This document shows, one piece after another, positions 24,001-36,000 of a DNA stretch of 64,000 bases. The DNA is taken from contig CAZSNT010000021.1 of the NCBI GenBank assembly GCA_964607765.1, positions 10,837-74,836 on the forward strand, read 5' to 3'. This DNA is from an uncultured Victivallales bacterium (lineage in GTDB: Bacteria; Verrucomicrobiota; Lentisphaeria; Oligosphaerales; JABHEG01). The notes beneath the pieces are model-generated. The model was not told the DNA's origin and did not search any database. It saw only the letters and a list, made by a program, of their open reading frames with translations. The position numbers and the translations under genes were made by a program. Every line of letters starts with the position of its first letter. Position 1 is the stretch's first letter.

Positions 24001-27000
24001 GGCGACGTCGTCGTAGTACGCCGCCGCGATGTCGCCGCTGACCGTGCCGTCGTCCACGATCTTGATGATCACGTCGTTGAAGGCGGTTCCCTGCCCGCGC
24101 GCGGTGAACACCAGATCGTTGTCGCTGCCGGGCGAGACGATCTCAACGACGGCCGACGTCAGGTCAGACGCCCCGGCCATGCTCACAGGCATCTGGTCGG
24201 GAGCCCAGCCGATCACCACTCGCGCGAAGCCCTCTGCCAGCGCGGCCAGATCGGCAGTGCCAAGGTCGAGCACGCCCGTGTTGAGTCCGGCAGCGCTGCC
24301 CACCTTGATCGGGGTAACCGGCGAACCGGGCCGCAGCGTGATGACGCTGGTATCGGCAACGGACGCGGACACGGTGTCAACGCCGCCGACGAAGTCGATC
24401 TCATCGGCTGAGAAGGTGAGATGCCCACCATTGACCGAGACCGTGCTGTCGAAGCGCAGTTCCGGCGCAGTCAGATCGGCGGCGCCGACGGTCACAGCGC
24501 CGTCGAAGTGCGTGGACCCAGCGCCCCATGCCTGCGTCAGTGTACCCGTCACGGTCACGGCGCTGTTGAACCGGACCTGGTCAGCTGCCACGATGGTCAC
24601 GTTGCCGCCGCTGGTGACAGCGCCGTCAGCGGTGAACGTGCCGGCGTTGCCCATGTCGATCGTGATACTGCCGAGACCCGACGTCTCCACATCTCCGTGG
24701 AAGACGACCTGGGACGATGCGGTGATGGTCACCTCACCCGCGTTAAGGTCCTGAGCCGGGCTGCCACCTGACAGCGGCTTGCCGATCTCGACCGTACCGG
24801 TGGCCGACTCGATCTTGAACTCGCCGGTCAGGGCGATGCTGCCGTAGATCGTGACGTTGTGCGCGGACCGGATGGTAACGGACTCGAGGGGGACGGACGA
24901 GCCGATGTCGCCCTGGATCACAATGTCGCCCGTGCCGGCATTGAGGACCAGGTGCTCACCCTCTTCCGGGTCGCCGGTGAAACCGTCGATGTTGCCCTCG
25001 ATCAGGATGCGGCCGCCTTCCGGGCCGGTGTCGAGGGTGAGCGTCTCACCGTCCGACAGCACGGCGCTGTCGTCCATGAGGATATCGTCCGCATTCGTGT
25101 AGGTGCTCCCGCCCTGCCAGACCGTAGTGCTGAACGACCCGATCAGATGAACCGTGGCGTTGTTGCGGGTACTGAACGTACCGACAACCGTGATGCCGCC
25201 GCCGAGCTTGGGCGAGCGGATGGTAACCGAGTCGCGGAACGCGTAGGTCCCTACCTCGACATCGTGGCGTCCGTCCGCACGGCCGATCGTGATGCCGTCC
25301 ACGCCGTCGACCACGTCATCGGCGAACCCGTCCATGAGCAGGTCGAGTTCGCTGCTGTCCAAGCTGAAATCGCCTGCAGCGCCGTCGCCGACGCCGATGC
25401 TCTGCAGCACGTTGAGCGGCTGCAGCGTGAGCGTGCCGCGGTCATCGTCGTGGCCGCCGACCGTGCCGCCGTACCAGCTGCGGACTTGCGCGTCGATATC
25501 AATCGAGTCGGTGGTGAGGATGATGTCGCCGCCGCCAGCTTCGATCACACCAGCAACCTGAAGTACGCCGGACAGGTTCCGGACCTCGATGTCGCCGCCG
25601 CCGGTGGTCAAGCCGTTGATGGTCACACCGTCCACTTCGGTCACATGAATGACCGCGGCGCCCGCGGTGGTGACCTGGATCGTATCGACCTGAGTGACGA
25701 TCGGCTGCGCAGGCGAGCCGAACCCGCCCTCCACGACGACGGTCAGGTCCTCAGCCCGAATCAGTGCCAGGTCGCCGGCGCCCTCGGTGACGTCGAGAGT
25801 CTGCGGCACGGTGATCAGCGAGTCACCTGTCAGACTCACTGAGTTGGCCTGGAGCTGAGCACGGACCAAAATCGACTTCGCCTCCAGGCTGACCGTGTAG
25901 TCGGCTGCCCCATCGTTGAAGCGGTCGACATCGCCGGAAACGGTAACCATACCGAGCAACTCAGCACCGTCCTTCAGCGAGACGGCCAGGTTCTCAATCG
26001 ATGTCAGGTCGATCGGCACGCTGTCCCACGTGAAGACGTTGCCCGCCATCTCGACGGTCGTTGACGTGTCGCGAGTCAGTTGCAGGCTGTCTTCCTGGGC
26101 TGTACCGATGATGGCTTCGATGCTGTTCACGTTGTGGTCGACGGAGTTCGCGCCGGACGTGGTGCCGACGCCCAGATCCACGGCAACAGCAGAGGACACG
26201 GCCGAGAAGTCGAGGGTGTCTGAACCGCTGTCGGTCACAAGCTCGTTGACCGTGTCGTCGCCCCAGCCGTCACTGAAGATGAACGTGTCGCTGCCGGTGC
26301 CGCCGCTGAGCACATCGTTGCCTGCCGCTCCCTGCAGCGTATCGTCCCCTGCCCCGCCGTAGAGCCGGTCCGCGCCCGCGCCGCCGTTCAGCGTGTCGTT
26401 GCCGATGCCGCCCGCGGCCAGCACAGGTACGCTGATGCCGGTGCCGATCGTGAGCGCATCGTCGCCAATACCGCCGTCGAACAGGATTGCAGCGATGTCG
26501 GCGACCGCGAAATCGTCGGACGCGTCGAAGGCCTCGACCCGGATCGTGTCGCCGCCCGCGTTCTCGGTGAACACACGCGCAGCCACGTTACCGCGACGCA
26601 GCGTGAAGGTCTCCGCCACATCCACGCCGCCGCCGATGGCCAGTCGGTTCCAGGCGAAGGCGCCGGCGCTGAGCACGAGGGTGTCGCCCGCCAGACCGGT
26701 GAACGCCGTGCCGTCTTTCGCCGTGATCGTCGCGTCGTCCACAATGTGACCGAGGGAGTGCCCGTCAGGCGCCGGGTTCGTGTCAAACGTGCTGCCGTCC
26801 AGGCTGAGGAACGTGAGTTCCATGAGCTCGCCGATCGCGCTGATGTCAGTGATCCGGTTGTGGTCCGCACTCAGGCGGGTGAGACTGATCGGTTCTTTCA
26901 GGTCGTCGAGGTGCGTGATGTCTGTCTGGAACGCGTTGTGCCCCGTGGCGCCCGGCAGCACGAACAGACGCGTGGGACGCTGGGTGGCCGCGCCGTTGCC

Positions 27001-30000
27001 GAGCCAGCCGGAGTGATTCGCAGGCGACGTGTCGTAGGCGTAGTCGTTGTCACCTTCATCGAAGGACCAGCGCCCGATCAGGTCATCGGTCCGGAGCGAT
27101 GTTTGGTCAGCAGCCACCAGCGCAGCCGTCAGGTCGTCTTCCCAGATCCGCACGTCGTCGAGGACGCCACGGAAGTGCGGGTTGTCGGCGTCGCGCGCGA
27201 AGCCGATGGCGAGGCCTGTTTGCGAGAGCAGATTGGAGCGTTCCTGGGTGTTCTCGCTGGCCCTGAGCACGCCGTCGATGTAGAGGGCTTGGCCGCCTTG
27301 CCCGACACCAAGGGCGTCTGCGCCAAACACATACGCCACATGATGCCACTGACCGTCGGCCAGGCTCAGGCCGCTGGACTGGATGGACGTGCCGTTAAGT
27401 TCGGCACTGATGTTGCCGTTGCTCAGCATGATATTGCCCGTGCTGTCGTTGCTGCCCAAGACCCCATCGACGATGGAGAACAGGCCGAACGATGTGCCCC
27501 CCGGCAGGTTGGCGGGGGCCAGGAAGCGGAACGTGACCGTGAACTTGTCCTCGGGCACATTGACCGTCACGCTCACCACGTCGTCGTTGCCGTCGAAGAC
27601 GAGCGCACCGGCGCCGTTGTGGTCAACTGACAGATTGACGAGCTGGTTCAGCCCGGTCGACACGCCGGTCTGGGCGTCATTGGCCGGCTGCAGCAATGCG
27701 AAGTCCGCAACGCGGTTCCCGTTCAGGTTGAGGGTTTGCGCGTTGCGCGCGAACTGCAGCCCGGTCAGGTCGACGATGCCCAGGTTGTCCAGCTGCAGGT
27801 CGATGAGCGTGGTCATGTCGCTGACACGTATGGCCTCTCCCACATACGGCCGGCCCAGGTATGACGTGGTGACCGGGGTATCCAACGCCTCGGCAATGCC
27901 GGCGCGGAGTGCGTCATCGGGGATGTGCACCTGCGGATCGATCGATGTGAGCGGTGTGTTGCTGATGTGTGCGGTGGGCGGCAGGATGAAGCGTTCGTAG
28001 GCCGCGAGATCTCTGACTTCCTTCGGCTCGGCCACGAACGTGTCCTCGCCACTCTCGCCGTAGAGCTGGTCGTGATCGCCGCTGCCGAGGATGGTGTCGT
28101 CGCCGTCACCGCCATGGATCTCGTCCAGGTCACGGTCCGGGTGCGCGGTGCCCGCCGTGGGCACATCCGCGGTGACGGAGAACGCGACATCGGAGACATT
28201 CCCGGTAGTGCGGTAGAGCACCTGTCCGGCATCAGCTTCAGCAACGAAGAACAAGACACCGTCGGCCGCAACGAGCTGACCGAGTGCGGTGGCGTCGAGC
28301 AGGCGCTGCGAGCCGGCTTCAGTACCGTTGCTCATCCAGAGCGCGTTGCGCGTGGTGGCTACGAAGACAGTGCCGCCCGCAGCGACGAGCGTGTCCGCCG
28401 CAGAGTCCAGCGTCACGACCGGCACGGTGCCTTCCGCCGTCCCGTCGCTCTTCCACAGCACATCGATGTTGCCCTTGGCCACGTGGAAGTACGCTGTTGT
28501 GCCGACCGCTGCCAGTTCGCCGGCCGTCCCGTTGAGTGCCCGAACCAAGGCGGTGCCCGCAGCCGTACCGTCGCTCTTCCACAGCTCGTCGCCGTCGATC
28601 ATCAGGAACAGGTTCTCGTCGACAGTGGTCAGGCCGGTGACCTCGTCGGGGAGCGTCCTGACGAACTCGAGCGAAGCACCGTCGGTGCGCCACAACATGG
28701 GATACGTGGCGTTGGCCGTGATGAAGTAGAGCGAGTCGGCGAGTACTGTTGACAGCCCAATCGCGCCGGGTGCATCATCGACAACCCGCTGCGCCGTGGT
28801 GGCACTGCTGGTCCAGACCTCGTAGGCGTCGGCCCCCGTCTTGACCGTGAAGTGCAGCACATCACCTTCGGCTCCGAGCAGGTCCGCCTCACCGACGAAG
28901 CCCGTCTGGACCTGGCTGGTGCCGCCGAGCGTGCCGTCCGTCACCCAGAGCTCCACGCCGGTGTTCACCACGGTGAAGAACAACTTCCCGGCCGCCGTGC
29001 CGAGCAAGTCGCCCTGGGCTCCGGCCAGGCCGGCCCCGGGCACAACGGCATCGATGCTCTTGAGCAGTGTGGCTTCGGTGTCCTCGCCCTCGCTCTGATC
29101 GTGCCGCCAAAGCTCCAGCTTGTTGACGCCGTCGAACACGGTGTAATACACGGCGCCGTCGAGGGCAACAGCATCGTCGGAATCGCTCGTGCCGAGATTC
29201 AGCGTCGTGACCGCGCCCGTGCCGGAGTCGTTGCTCTTAAACAGTGCCCCGTCCACGGTGAACAGCAGTGTGCTGCCGGCGGCCACCAGGCCCTGCGGGG
29301 CAGCACTGAAGGTGTCGACTGCAGCGGTGGTGGCCAGCGTGCCTTCGCTGGACCACAGTGCGTTGCCTACCGTGAAGAAGAGCTTGCCGCCAACGGCGGT
29401 CAGGTTCTGGGCCGCGCCAACGGTGGCGACCTCGACAGCGAACACGCCGTCAGACACCCACAAATCCGTGTTGACCAGGAAGAACAGGCGCGTGTCCACG
29501 GGTGTAAGGTCGGTGATGGATGCGCCGATGGAGGTCGCGCTGTCCTGCTGCGTGATCTCGACCGTGCTGACGCCGTTGCTGCGCCAGAGCGCGCTGCCGC
29601 CGATGGTGAAGAACACGTTGTCGCCAACGCTGACCACGCCGGCGGGCTGCTCCAACGTGCTGCCGGCGGCATCGGTGACCGTGTCGACAGCCACGGTGCC
29701 GGCGGGATCATAGACCTTCAGGTAGTACGTGCCGCCTTCGAGGCGCGTCAGATCAAAGATGGATCGTCCCTCGGCAACAACGCCGCCGCCCTCGTTGTAG
29801 AGTGTCCCGAGCACGCCGGTCTGCTCGCCGAGCGTAGCCTGCACATTGACCACGCCGGCAGAGGCCGTGCCGCTGCGCGAGAGACTGATCTGCGTGGCAC
29901 TGGTGAGGCGCAGCGTCATCCAGGTGAGACCGTCCGCCAGCAGCGCCCGGACGGCGGTCGTCAGATCCGCCTCACCTGTGCCGGGCGGAACGCGGAACGT

Positions 30001-33000
30001 GTAACGCGCCGGGGCAACGCGGTCCGCGGACGTGATGATGCCGTCGCCTTCCGCAGCCAGGACCTCGACGACCATCTCGGGAACGGCGACCCCGCCGAGA
30101 CGCGCGAGGTCGGCTGTGTCGCCGTCCTTGCTCTTCCACAGCGCGCCGTTGACCGTGAAGTAGAGCGCGCCACCGGATTCTCGCAGGTCATCGGGCGTGC
30201 GTACGGGCGCGCCGTCAATATCATTGACGATGGCTGTGCCGGCGGCGGCGCTGCTCCACAGGTACGTGCCGCGCGCGTTCTCCAGTCGGAAGAACAGCGT
30301 GCTGCCAACGGCGGTGAACTGGGTCGCCGTGCCGACCAGATCGGTCTTCTTTGCAGTCTGCCCTGGCCCGGTACTGGTCCAGAGCTGCAGATCGGAGCCA
30401 TCCTGCACGGTGAAGTAGAGCGTGCCGGCGACATTGGTTAGATCCGCGATCGACGTTACGGTTCCGGCAAAGGTCGTGTGGACCGCGCTCACGCCGTTGG
30501 CCGGGTCGCCGTCGGTCCGCAGCAGATCCCAGTCGGAGCCGTCCTTGGCCGCCATGTAGAGATAGCTGCCCGCTGCGGCGGCGGTCTGCATATCGCCGCT
30601 GAACGCGTCAACCTGTTCGGCGAGCAGGGATCCGGCCGTGGCGTCCACCACGTTCATGCGCGTGTCGCTGCTGCCCGGGGTGGCGAACAGCAAGCTGTCC
30701 CCGAGGCGGCTGAGCCCGGACGGCTCCGCGATCTCCGTTCTGCCGGTGATCCTGGACGTGCTGTAGCTGCCGTTCGCTTCGATCTTGTGGAACACGGAGC
30801 TGCCGGCCCAGTCCGCACCCAGGTACATGGCACTGCCCGAAACAGCCATATTGACCGGGTCTTCGATGTCACCCGCGAGCACTGTCTGCGGGTTGCCGCC
30901 GTCCGTTTTCCACAATACGCGCGTGCCGCCGTTGTCAGCAGCGTAGAACAGGGCACCGTCGAACACGACGAAGTCGCTGTGGTCGGTGCCGCCGCCGGTC
31001 ATGGCCTGAGTGCCGGCCGTTTCGCCATCAGAGCTCCAAAGCTGCGTGCCGCCGTCGTCAACGGTGAAGTAAAGGGCTTCATCGAAGGCCGTGAGGTCAG
31101 CCAGCGCGGTAGAGTCCGTGCCGGTGGTGATATCCTCCACCATCTCGATGGTACCGGAGAGCATGGGCAGCGGGATCTCGATGGTCCCCGCCGGGCCACC
31201 GTCCTCGCCCGAGGCGCGTGAGGCAACCAAGTCCGGGATATCAGTGAACCCGGGATCATTGATGGCGTCAACGACATGCTGAGCGGTGGTCTGTCCGGGC
31301 TCGATTCTGATGCGCAGTTCCTGCGTCTCCGGCAGGAAGTCCACCTGCTCGCTGCCGGCCTGAGCACCCTCGACGTAGACAATGCGTATCCCGGTGTAGA
31401 GCCCGGAGCCGCCGGGGATGCTGAGAGCTACGTCATTGTCGCCGCCCGCCGCGACCAGCGTGCTGATCACGCTCCCGTCCGCGCCAGCCTGGACCGTGCT
31501 AAGGGCCGTCAGCGTGATGGTGCCGCCGTCGCCGGCCTCGGTGTAGCTGGCTGTCACGGGGATCGTGCCAGCATTCGAGCCGCTGTTGATCTCGGTGATG
31601 ACGGCATTCGCCGTGGTCTCGCCTTCATTAATGTAGACGGTGACGGTCCCGTCACCGCTGCTGTCGTACTCTGCGAACGCGTCGGCGCCCGACACGCGTC
31701 CGTCGTCGAACAGCCGGACTGTGATGTCGTCGCCGGCGGCGCCAGCGGTCTCCGCGGTGAAGCGCAGATCGTTGTTGGCGCCGGAGAACGTGAGATCGAC
31801 CCAGGATGCCACCGCGTCGCTGCCGTTGTCCGTCACGGTGGTGGGCGCGGACAGAGTCTCGGTGGTACTGCCGGTGGTACCTGCCGTGAACAGATCCTTG
31901 AAGCCGGTCGTGCCGTTGATGGCGTTCTTGATTGTAACCGCCTGGGTCTGGCCGCTGTCGATGCGCACGGTCAGCCGGTCATTCGAGTCATCCCAGTTCG
32001 TAGTGGCCGCGTTCCCGGAAACGCTGCCATCATCAATGATGCTGATGGTGTAATCGTCGTAGGCCGTGCCATCGGTGTCGGCTTCCAGCGTGATGGTATC
32101 GCCGTCGCCATCCAGGTTGATCGTGGCAGTCGAGGGGACTGTGTTCACACCCGCAGTCACCTCTGTCTCGGTGTACTCCGGCTCGAAGACTCTGGTTGTG
32201 TCGCCGCCGGACGCGTAGAACTCGGTCACGCTGTCAATGGCATCAGCGATATCGGACGTTGTCGTGCTGCCGTCCTGGCGGATGTTGAGTGTGATCAGGC
32301 CGTTGCTGTAGGAGGCGGTTGCCGGACCGCCGGAAGTCAGCGTGGCACGGATGTCGATGTCTACGTCATCGTAAGCCGTTCCCGAGTTCGCGGCCGACAG
32401 CGAGATCGTGTCGCCCTGCACTGAGAACGACCCGGTGGCACGAGCGCCCAAGCCGCCGGTCGCGACGTCTGAATATGTCGTTGCCGAGGTCACGGACTTG
32501 TCGTTCTGACCGCCGGATGCGGCGAATTCGTCCAGCGCATCGATCGCGTTGGCCACGTCCTGTGTCGTAGACGTGCCGTTCGAGCGAACGTCCACAACGA
32601 TGTTCGCGTCGCCGACCGTGTACGTGGCCTCGGCGTCCTCGCCAGCTCCCTTGTTCTTGGTGATCGTCACGCCGACGTTGTAGGTCGTACCGTAGTGGAC
32701 GGCCTGAACCATGATATCAGCGCCGTTCTGGTCCGCGCCCGGATCGAATGTGCCGACGGCTCTGGCCGGCCCAGCGGCATCGCCGCCACCGGACGTCTCG
32801 TTGTTATAGTCGCCGACGAAGACCTTGGTGGCATCGCCGCCGGACGCGTAGAACTCGTCGACATCGCTGTTGATGGCGGCGGCGATCGCGGACGTGTCGG
32901 TCGTGCCGTCCCTGCGGATACTCACAGTGATCACGCCGCTGTTGTAGGAAGCGGTAGCCGGCCCTCCGGAAGCCAGCGTAGCACGGATGTCGATGTCCAC

Positions 33001-36000
33001 ATCGTTGTAGGTCTGGCCCGAGTTCCAGGCGCCGAGCGAGAGTGCGTCGCCCTCCACCGTGAAGGAGCCTGAAGCGCGCGCGCCCTTCCCGCCCGTCGTG
33101 ACGGCTGCGTACGTGGTTGCCGAGTTGACGCCCTTGTCGCCTTGGCCGCCGGACGCGGTGAATTCATCCAGCGCATTGATTGCATCGGCCACCTCGTCAG
33201 TCTTCGACGAGCCGTTGGTGCGGACATGCACCACGATATTGGCGTCGCCGACCGAGAACGTGGCATCGGGGAGGCCGGAGCTCTTGTCCTTCACAATCTG
33301 CACGCCCACATTGTAGTCAGCACCGTCGTAGACGGCATTGACCGTAATGTCGGTGCCGTCGCTGCTGCCCGGATCGAACGTGCCGCTGGCTTTGGCGGGG
33401 CCGCCTGTGCCGTCCGTGCCGCTGGACGTCTCATCGTCGTAGTCACCGACGAACACCGTAGTCGCGTCGCCGCCGGACGCATAGAATTCCGCCACGTCGT
33501 TGTTGATGGCGCCGGCAATGGCGGACGTCGTTGTGGTACCGTCTTGGCGGATATTGACGGTTATCGTGTTGGCGACTTCGTCGTAGGTGGCAGTTGCCGG
33601 GCCGCCGGCGGCCAATGTGGCGCGGATGTCGATATCCACGTCATCGTAATCCGCGCCTGAGTTCCAGGCACCGAGCGAGATCGCATCGCCCTGCACGGAG
33701 AACGATCCGGTGGCGCGGGTACCGAGGCCGTCGGTCGTGACGTCTGAATACGTCGTTGCCGAGGTCACAGCCTTGTCGTCCTGGCCGCCCGCCGCAATGA
33801 ACGCATCCAGGGCATCTATCGCATCGGCCACGTCCTGTGTCGTGGACGTACCGTTTGAGCGGACGTCCACGACGATGTTCGCGTCGCCGATCGCATACGT
33901 TGCCTCCGCGGCCTCGGCAGCTCCCTTGGTCTTGGTAATGGTCACGCCGACGTTGTAGGTCGCGCCGGTGTAGGCGGCCTGGACCATGATGTCAGCGCCG
34001 TTCTGGTCCGCGCCCGGATCGAACGTGCCTCCGGCTCTGGCAGAGCCGCTGCCGTTGCTGCCGCCCGTTGTCTCGTTGTTGTAGTCGCCGGTGAAGACTG
34101 TGGTGCTGTCGCCGCCGCTGGTGGAGTTGAACGCGGTCAAGTTGTGGATGGCATCCCTGACGTTCCTGGTGGTTGTCGAGCCGTCCTTGCGGATGGCGAC
34201 AGTTATGGTCTTGCTGGCGTAGGACGCGCTCGCCGTCCCGGAAGCCAGCGTAGCCTCGAGTACCACATCCACGCCGTTATAGGCCGTACCGACCTGTGCG
34301 GCCTCAACGGTTATCGTGTCGCCCTCGATCGGGAATGTGAACTTGGCTTTGACGCCATCGTCGCCACCGGCCGTGACCGTCTTGACCGCCGTGACCGTGC
34401 CGGACGGGGTGCCGGTGACAGTGACGGGGCTGGAGCCGTAGTCATTCACGCGTGTCTTGACGATGGACTCAGTCGTGGTGCCGCTTTTGACCTTGATCGT
34501 GAGGATCTTGTCGTTGCTGTCGTAGGACACGGACGCGTTGTTGGTGGTGATCGAGCCGTCGTCCAGGTACAGGATGTCAATGCCGTCGCCAGCCGCCCCT
34601 ACAGCGGTCGAGGACTTCACGGTGAAGGTCAGGTTCCCGAGCGTGGCGACCGACTGTTGGGCGTCCGCGCCGTTATCGGTCTGCCCGATGAAGAAGCCGA
34701 TCGTGCCGTCGCCGCTGTTCTCACTCGCATTGACCGACGCAGTGAAAGGCACGCCGGCGCCGGGAGCATTGATGGCGCTGAGGATGTCGTTGCGCGTCGT
34801 TCCCTGGCGCACCTCGATGACGAGGATGTTGCCCGCCTCGTTGTAGGAAGCAGCGGCATCCGTGCCCAGACTCGCGTTGTACTCGAGACTGACCTGCAGG
34901 TTGTTGTAGTCGTCGGTTGCGGAGTCCGCAACCAGGTCGATGTCGTTGTTGGCCCCGGAGATACCGATAAGGAACTGAGCGATCGTGCCCGGCACGGCGG
35001 GATCCACGGCCATGATCCCGGCCGGTGTGACGCTGACCGTACCGGTGCCGCCCTCGAGCGGCACGAGATCGAATTCGCTGACCGCATCAAGCGCGGTATC
35101 GATCGTGTTGACAGTGGTCTGATCGTTGTCGATGTAGATGAACAGCGTGCTGCCCAGGTACCGAGCCACTGCGCTGTCGCCCGACAGCGAGTTGCCTGCG
35201 CCGTCCGTGCCGTCATCGACGAACATCACCGGGATGCCTGCATACAGATCACCCGACGCGGTGGCATCAATCCGCATGCTGTTGTTCGCGCCGTCCGGAT
35301 CGATGGTGACCGAGGCGTAGCCGGGCCGCAGGCGCCACAGCTCCGCGCCGTGGTCATTGTCGTCAGCCACGAAGAACAGCATGTCGGTGCCGCCGGCCAC
35401 TGCCACCGTGGTCAGCTGCGATATGGTCTTGGCCGGCAAGCGACCCTCTGCCAGAGTGAAGTTGCGCAGCTCGATGGTTGTGAGTGCCGTTCCGCTGCTC
35501 TTCCACAGCTTCGTGGTGTACCCGCCGTCGTAGTCGACGAAGTAGAGTTCGTTCTCGAACATCTCGAAGTCGGACAGGACGTGGTTTGCACCGAACTCCT
35601 TGACCAACGTCGTGTTGTCCTCGGTGCCGTCCGTGCGCCAGAGCTCACTGTCGCTGACGCTGAAGTAGAGCCAGCCCAGACCGGACGGCGTGATGTTTGC
35701 CGGGGCCACCACTTCGTCGCGAGCGCTGTCGAGCAGTTTCGCGACGCTGTTCTGATCGCCCTGCCACAGGCGCGGGCTCCCGCCCGAGTCGGCCCGGAAG
35801 TAGATCTTGTTGTTGAACACGACCAGTTCGCCGAATGAGGCGCCACCCGCGCCGGAGTTGACATCGGCTGCAATCTGTGTCTGTGCCTGCGTGCCGTTGG
35901 TCTGCCACAGTTCGGTGCCGGAACTGCTGTCGTCCGCAGTGAAGAACAGCCAACTCCCGAGCGCGGTCAGCCGCTCCGGGTCGAGGAGCAGGCGCCCGTC

